Below, one piece after another: positions 56,601-64,000 of a stretch of DNA of 64,000 nucleotides. The stretch comes from Haliotis cracherodii (lineage: Eukaryota). Below the pieces are notes generated by a model. The model was not told where the DNA came from. It was given only the letters and a program-made list of their open reading frames with translations, and searched no databases. Location: contig NW_027266297.1 in NCBI RefSeq assembly GCF_022045235.1, positions 70,060,001-70,124,000 on the forward strand. Reading direction: 5' to 3'. Made by a program: the position numbers and the translations under genes. How positions within the stretch are numbered: the first letter of the stretch is position 1; every line of letters begins with the position of its first letter.

Positions 56601-59600
56601 GTTATTAGGATATTTTACCTGGGGTTGGATTTTCATTGGGAATCCTCAATGTTTAGAGGGTATTCAAGTTTATATACCCACCTGTTTCCATCCTCTGTAT
56701 CACTGTATAAAACCTACACTAACCCCAGGACCCATCCATAACTTTTTACCAACCAATCTAACGTCAAGATAAGGCAAGAAAATGTGTTACGGAAGTAAGT
56801 CCTATTGCGTAGAAACCAAAGCACCGCCCCGTTTTTATGGACATGAACACATCCTTGCCAACCAAAAATTTTTGGAGGGCTTTCTTTTGACTGACAGTCA
56901 GTTTTTCAACTTTCAGTTTCTTGCAAACTCTATCGTAATTAATGGTACTGGTTGCTATGTTGTTAATACCACCAACCCCACATTGAGGGTGGTTTTAACT
57001 CGCATTCTGATTGATACGTTAGACCTAGGAGCATAGCGATCAAACTGGTTGAGGGAAATGAAGACAATCCAGTGAGTGACATCATGAGCACCAATCCACG
57101 CAATTGGGATACGATGACATGCAACAACCAGGTCAGCAAACCCCACCACCCGATCCCATAAGTAGCCTCTCGGGACAAGCCTTTTATCATGTTTATGGCA
57201 AGCATGTGTTGCTGAAAACCTATTCTACCCCAGATCTTCACAGGTCTCTAACAGTTGTAATATACGCAATCGTTTTATCTAATAGTTGTAATATATACAT
57301 TAGTTTTATGTCAATAGCATATTTATAGTTTTTGTTGCATATTTGTTACACTAGGATTTGATTTGTCAGTGTATTTCAGCTTACTTAAAGCGTATTTTAT
57401 ACAAATATGCAGCTTATCTCAAGCTCTGTAGGAGAAGACAAATGAAACATTTGTTGGAGGGTTGTCTTAGGAAGGCAAAGGAAAGTACACGTCTAGGAAT
57501 AACACATCAACCTAGTGTAATTCAATCAAACCTACCTTTTACATGTATTGAACTGGCCAGATAGAGAATTTAACTGACACAAGATTCATGTACGATTGAT
57601 TCAGTGAGTTTGGCTTTACCATATTTTAAGCAGTATTCCAGTTCTGTTATGGTGTTTCATCTAAATGTGGGAGGAAAGCCTGAAGTGATGCAGATTTTAT
57701 AAGTTGACCACTTAGGCGGAATCCATGAGCATGGGTATGGTGCTGACAAACCAAATACATAATCACGCGAATCTGGGATTCAAACCCATGATCATATTTG
57801 AACGGTTTGAGTGTTTTTCTAACCACAAAAGAAATGTCAGTTATGCATGGTTACATGCAAAAGTACAATTTGAATACTTTTCATATTTCAAACAGCTATA
57901 TCTTTTTGCATCACTCAGGACCCTTATGGGAATTATTGTCATCTTTTCCAATCTGTCAGGTCATAGGAATAAATGTGTCTGGTAAAAACCCCTTACATAG
58001 TAACTGTCTATGTGTAAATAGCTAAACTAGCTCTTGATTGCATGCTGGAATATATCCATATCTGCACAAGAACTCAGTGTCTGAAATATCAAACAAGCTT
58101 TAAGATTCACTGTTGACCAACAAGGTGTCAATGACACAAACGTTTATGATGGTGAGTTGATGGGTCTTGAGGGTGAGTACAGAAGCAATAAGGGGAAGCA
58201 ATCAGTGAAAAGGAAGCAATGAAAATAAACATTTTGTTGTACTACCACAACAGGAAGGGCCACACAGAAGGGGTAAAACATGCTAAATTGTTATGTCTTG
58301 CAGCTTTGTAAATTTACAGGTGGCAGAAGACATAGCTGCACATAGCAATAATGCAGATTAAGTTGAGATCACAGCATGAAAGTCAAATAACGTTAATTAA
58401 GGCAACATGTATGACTGCCAATTGACCAAGGAAGACATTACTACCAGACTCCACATACAGACCATGATGGGCCATTACAACCATGCATTCTTTCTTTAAT
58501 CATATTGAATGCAGCTGTATGTATGTTGGCATAAACATTGAGTACACAACAATCCAGATTTGTCGTTATTATCTGTATGCCAAAGACCTAAGGATCTATA
58601 TTTACAAAAATGGTCATTGCAAGTTTTATGTACAGAAAAATGTTATTATGACAAGCTTTTTATGACAAATATGTCATAGAATACTATTTCCTTGATATAA
58701 ATTCTAAAAGAGTTAGAACAGCCTTAGCACAATTTAGATGCAGCTCTCATAGACTTATGATTAAAGTTGTCATACATTGGAACATTGCTAGAGAATTGAG
58801 AATTTGTATGAAATGTGATTGAATTTTCATTTTAATCTATCAAATAATATTTAGTTGATGACATAATTTACATATCCATGGTAATTCCAAATTATTGTCA
58901 TGGATTGATTGATCATACTTATATTTAAATGGAGCAGTTTAAAACCATGATCTAAAACACATATGTAAATTAAGATGAGAGGGTACTGCCAAAAAAGTAA
59001 TATCTGCATCAGTATCAATTTTGATAATGTTGTACTGAACAAGCAACAGTGTTTCAGGGTCCTTGTTGTATGATATGGGGACAGTGATGGTGCATGACAG
59101 GTGACTGCGGGATAGGGACTGTGACTCAGGGAGAGACGGACTAACTCACTCCAGGCTTCTCTGGATACAATGGCTGTCAAAGTATACATACAAAAGTCTA
59201 TTTCAGTACATCATACAAGCTGTCTTATTTAGGCAGCAGTTGAAAGCTATTAATTCCACAAGTTCACAGAAAAACAAACATTTGGTATCCTCCTGTCACC
59301 ATCATGCCCACGTTACATGGATCCATTATCATGCAAATCAAACAACTAAATCAACACATAAACCTATTAATATTCATGATCCAAAGTAATTCCGGGGCTC
59401 ACTTCAGTAGTGCAGTGTTATGTTATGTGCAGTCCATGTGCACGTCTCATGGCTTCAGTCAACACTTTCATCACGACACTAGCCTATTGACTCCGTTCAT
59501 GTATTGCATGGGTGATACTGGAATGTGATGTGCCTTAGGTTTTTTTGAATTACTATAGATTAGCTAAATGGACACCATTCTAACGGCTCCCTAAGTCTAA

Positions 59601-59872
59601 ACGTATTGTGGAAGTCATTAGATGTGTAACAAATAATTCACTCAACATAAATCATAAATTTGCCTTGCTGACATTATCAACGTGCACGAAAACTGAGGGC
59701 GTTTCTTGTAGCAGACATAAACAGTTTCTATTTCTGGTTAACAAACAAGTGACTACGACGTGCATTAGCCATTTCGTGAAAAGTATGCGGGTCCAAGTAT
59801 GCAAACCTCGGGTTTTCCTTTCCCGAGATTCTTGTCAAGGTTCGAAGGCTTTTGTCGTGTCAAAGAAGACAT
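50681..59872 (-). CDS. TRAPPC5: Trafficking protein particle complex subunit 5, 7 coding exons, ~187 aa
   Basis: Exons 59872-59807 MSSLTRQKPSNLDKNLGKGKPE; 56071-55983 VNIATFALLFSEIVQYCQNRVYTVPELQN; 54205-54079 LAELGQHVG...IKSNVWK; 53469-53412 TLFGKEADKLEHANDDERT; 52954-52895 YIIEKESMVNKFISVPKDK; 51326-51262 NLNCAAFTAGILEAVLNGANF; 50779-50681 PAKVTVHWHKGTTFMIKFDESVIARDKHIDGR*. Total 564 nt. None of these exons appears in frame in the ORF track. Confidence 0.95.
51333..52840. repeat. 80-bp (later 72-bp) minisatellite in a TRAPPC5 intron
   Basis: Unit CACAAAGTCACAGTCAGATCCATGGATACCTGGACAACACACCATCACACACTGATTGTCAACACATCCCCTCTCAACCT. Confidence 0.97.
54245..55960. repeat. 20-bp C-rich minisatellite with a 597-bp higher-order duplication, filling a TRAPPC5 intron
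   Basis: Unit CTACTGGTCCACCTCCCACT. The block at ~54650-55248 is repeated 597 bp downstream. Confidence 0.96.
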
Positions 59873-60162
59873 TTTCAGGAAGTGGTTGAAACCGGAAGTA
59901 ACGCCAGTACGTTTGCACTAAAAGTTGCAACAATTTAACGAAATTGGAATCTGCTATTGAAACCCAGGGGAAAACTGTGCAACGTGTGTTATATTTCTAG
60001 GAATGACAATGGTGCCGTAAAAACATTATTTACCCTTTAATCACACACACTATTTTTAGTTCGCCAAGAAGATCTGTATGGCCGAGAGAAGCGTTCGTAA
60101 AATTCCGAAACATTAATAGTGATACCGTTCATATGGTTCATGACTTCTTCTTACAGTGCTTC

Positions 60163-61536
60163 ATGTGTCAGAAGAGGGGCTGATGTTAACGGTTTGTATC
60201 AGAAGAGGGGCTGATGTAAACACCATGTATCAGAAGAAGGGCTGATGTGAACGGTTTGTATCAAAAGAGGGTCTGATGTTAACGTCATTTATCCGGATAG
60301 GGGATGATGTTAACACCATGTGTCAGATGAGGGTCTGATGTTAACGCCATGTGTCAGAAGAGGGGCTGATGTGAATGTTATGTGTCAGAAGAGGGGCTGA
60401 TGTTAACGGTTTGTATCAGAAGAGGGGCTGATGTAAACACCATGTATCAGAAGAAGGGCTGATGTGAACGGTTTGTATCAAAAGAGGGTCTGATGTTAAC
60501 GTCATTTATCCGGATAGGGGATGATGTTAACACCATGTATCAGATGAGGGTCTGATGTTAACGGTTTGTATCAGATGAGGGTCTGATGTTAACGCCATGT
60601 ATCAGAAGAGGGGCTGATGTTAACGGTTTGTATCAGAAGAAGGGCTGATGTTAACGCCATGTATCAGAAGAGGGGCTGATGTTAACGCCATGTATCAGAA
60701 GAAGGGCTGATGTTAACGCCATGTATCAGAAGAGGGGCTGATGTTAACGCCATGTATCAGAAGAAAGGCTGGAGTTAACCCCATGTATCCGAAGAGGGGC
60801 TGATGTTAACACCATGTATCAGAAGAGGGTTTGATGTTAACGGTTTGTATCAGAAGAGGGGCTGATGTTAACGCCATGTATCAGAAGAAGGGCTGATGTT
60901 AACGCCATGTGTCAGAAGAGGGGCTGATGTGAATGTTATGTGTCAGAAGAGGGGCTGATGTTAACGGTTTGTATCAGAAGAGGGGCTGATGTAAACACCA
61001 TGTATCAGAAGAAGGGCTGATGTGAACGGTTTGTATCAAAAGAGGGTCTGATGTTAACGTCATTTATCCGGATAGGGGATGATGTTAACACCGTGTATCA
61101 GATGAGGGTCTGATGTTAACGCCATGTATCAGATGAGGGTCTGATGTTAACGCCATGTATCAAAAGAGGGGCTGAAGTTAACGTCATTTATCCGGGTAGG
61201 GGTTGATGTTAACGCCATGTATCAGATGAGGGTATGATGTTAACGCCATGTATCAGAAGAGGGTCTGATGTTAACGGTTTGTATCAGAAGAGGGGCTGAT
61301 GTTAACGCCATGTATCAGAAGAGGGGCTGATGTTAACTCCATGTATCAGAAGAGGGTTTGATGTTTACGGTTTGTATCAGAAGAGGGTCTGATGTTAACG
61401 CCATGTATCCGAAGAAGGGCTGATGTTAACACCATGTATCAGAAAAGGGTCTGATGTTAACGGTTTGTATCAGAAGAAGAGCTGATGTTAACGCCATGTA
61501 TCAGAAGAGGGGCTGATGTTGACGTCATGTATCAGA
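60163..61536. repeat. 31-bp minisatellite
   Basis: Unit ATGTATCAGAAGAGGGGCTGATGTTAACGCC. Confidence 0.96.
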
Positions 61537-61839
61537 TCTATGTCAAGGCCCCGGAATCACGTGCCTCACATTCCCGTCTCAATAAGAGGAACTTTGACCC
61601 CTCCGACTGAAATGAAAGCTATCCAGGACGGCGGTGCGCTTAGATGTTTTGGTTAAAATCACATTTAAGAAATGCTGGAGTTTACAAAACCACATGTTTC
61701 AACCGGTTCCCCTAAAGAGGTGCATTGCAGAAAGCGATTAGACAATGTCTTGACGCCACAAAGTCATCCTGTTAATTGGGAAAACCGCAACGTAAGTATT
61801 CTCCAAAACATTAGACAGACTGTAAAGACAGTTAAAGGA

Positions 61840-62590
61840 TCTGTACGGGACTGGGCGTTGGAGGAGCTGTATATTGGACAAGGCGTTTGAGGAGCTGTAT
61901 ATGGGACAAGACGTTGGAGGAGCTGTATATGGGACAAGGCGTTGGAGGAACTGTATTTGGGACAAGACGTCAGATGGCGGTATGAGACAAGACGTCAGAG
62001 GGGCTGTATGAGACAAGACATTAAAGGGGCTGTATGGGACAACGGTAGAGGGGCTGTATGGGACAAGACGTCCGAGGGGCTGTATGGGACAAGACGTAAG
62101 AGGGGCTGTATGAGACAAGACGTCAGAGGGCTGTATGGGACAAGACGTCCGAGGGCTGTATGAGACAAGACGTCAGAGGGGCTGTATGGGACAAGACATT
62201 AAAGGGGCTGTTAAAGACGTCAGAGGGGCTGTATGGGACAACGGTAGAGGGGCTGTGTGGAACAAGACGTCAGAGGGCTGAATGGGACAAGACGTCAGAG
62301 GGGCTGTATGGGACAAGACGTCCGAGGGGCTGTATGGGACAAGACATCAAAGGGCTGTATGAGACAAGACGTCCGAGGGTTGTATGGGACAAGACGTCAG
62401 AGGGCTGTATGGGACAAGACTTCTGAGGGCTGAATGGGACAAGACGTCAGAGGGGCTGTATGAGACAAGACATCAGAGGGCTGTATGGGACAAGACGTCA
62501 GAGGGGCTGTATGGGACAAGACGTCAGAGGGGCTGTATGGGACAAGACGTCAGAGGGGCTGTATGGGACAAGACATCAAAGGGCTGTATT
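61840..62590. repeat. 26-27-bp minisatellite
   Basis: Unit GGGCTGTATGGGACAAGACGTCAGAGG. Confidence 0.95.
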
Positions 62591-63674
62591 CGCCACTAAT
62601 TTCCGCGATGTTACCAACATACAGTCCACTCACTCAATTTATCAATGTCCCTTTGGGGGTCCGGGTTAGAATAGGTCCCCAGGTTCATATGTTGGTCGTA
62701 AGAGGCGACTGAGTAGAACTGGTAATCAGACTTGGTTGATAGCGTGTGAAGGTACCCCGTACCTGGATCGTTGCTCGTAATATCAAGCACAGGATTGTCT
62801 GGCCCAGACTCGACTATTTACTGGCCGCCGCCATAGAGCTGGAATATTGCTGAATGCGGTGAAACTCTATCAATGTATTAAACTTGATACTTGGTCAATC
62901 TACAAACAAACACACTATCAATGTATTAAACTTGAGACTTGGTCAATAACCTTCAAAGACCTAAGACAAGGACGTTAACTGACTCAACTCTTGCCGAACT
63001 TGAATGGAATTACAATGTTCGATCGTAGCGCCACCAGTGGTTGCTACGAGTTATGTCCCTTCTATGTCCCGCCTATTGACCAATCAGATTCCATCTCTCA
63101 TATCACTTGTATTTGCTTCAAACCAAATGGCGGCGTCCAATCAAGACGATCTAATTGATAGTCAACATATATATTGTAATGAAACGTGTCTTACCCCGCG
63201 ATAAAATCACTTGAGCGCCTAAATTAAAAACTTGAAAAGATTTGCAATCTGTCGATGCCTAATCCTGCAGTCAACCGAAATCTGCACGTTGAAATCCTTT
63301 TTGTTTACGAACCGGATGTCTAGTTCGTTATGCGATTTTGATTTGACTATGCATAGACTCATTAGTCCAGTCAAAATGTAACTCCGCAATTCCAGCCTAG
63401 TTCGGCAAGGGTGGAAACTGGACTTTTATAGTCAGTTAACGCCCTTGCCTCGGGAAGATGAAAACTGGACTTTTTTAGTCAGTCAAAGCCATTGACTCTA
63501 TCAATGTATTAAACTATAGACGTGGTCAGTGACACACACTACTGCGTAAACGGCTCATATACACTAACCTAAGAAGTATAGAAGCAGTATGCTTACATTC
63601 GCAACTGGGTTTCTGCTGGAGATAATCGACTGATGCCAGGTTCCAGCGTTGCTCTACAAGGAAATGGCATTCTT

Positions 63675-63920
63675 ATCGAAATGACGTCATTTCAAATGAA
63701 TTGACAACATAGTTGGGACATAGCCCGCGTGACGCTCATGTGGCGTGCGACATTACTCAGCATATCTACATGCCCTGCGCCATCTGGCGGCCACGTTCAA
63801 CCCCACTACAGACACATTTCAAGATGGCGGCCGCCGTCTGAGAGCGTCACGTGACCCACACCTTGTTGTCGTAGACAAGCGGGCTCGACCCCAGGAAACA
63901 CGTTCGGATATTGAGGTCGG
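63675..63920 (+). promoter_or_regulatory. CpG-rich promoter / probable first exon of a gene continuing beyond the window
   Basis: CRE TGACGTCA at ~63682-89, CTCF-like TGCGCCATCTGGCGGCCA at 63777-94, YY1 AAGATGGCGGC at 63821-31, E-box/CLEAR GTCACGTGAC at 63846-55, possible donor GAG|GTCGGT at ~63915. Confidence 0.55.
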
Positions 63921-64000
63921 TCTGTGAAAGCAGGGAACACAACGGTGTTAACGTGTTTCATCTGTGCGGCAATCGACACATTTACTCAAATGTAGGCCTG

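Noticed and set aside
63825-63842. ATGGCGGCCGCCGTCTGA as the start of a CDS
   Set aside because: It stops after 5 codons (MAAAV*). Better explained as a YY1 motif or uORF; the gene cannot be identified within the window.

Overview
Eukaryotic (animal) genomic DNA that is intron-rich and dense in SINEs, MITEs and minisatellites. The repeat landscape and protein sequences suggest a mollusc, probably a gastropod (inference). I assembled five spliced protein-coding genes by hand, each with GT-AG junctions and consistent exon phases: FBXO25/32 (atrogin-like, minus strand, 8 coding exons), Selenoprotein P (plus), GPX7 (minus, Cys-type, HEEL C-terminus), CDC20 (plus, start codon apparently split A|TG by an intron) and TRAPPC5 (minus, 7 coding exons). 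A promoter-like region at the right edge probably starts a sixth gene. The standout is invisible in the ORF track: the SELENOP reading frame continues through 43 in-frame UGA codons (1 in the N-terminal UxxC motif, 42 in a U-Q-U-rich C-terminal domain) to a TAG at 25793-25795, giving about 596 aa. It comes with two SECIS elements in the 3' UTR, a stem-loop over the AUG and a candidate SRE hairpin that forms only after splicing. Other notable items are a degenerate DIRS-type retrotransposon with inverted terminal repeats, a LINE 3' end whose tail matches three SINE families, several MITE families, and a repeated pattern of minisatellites seeded from splice junctions. All structures and counts were read by eye; no database searches or folding programs were run.
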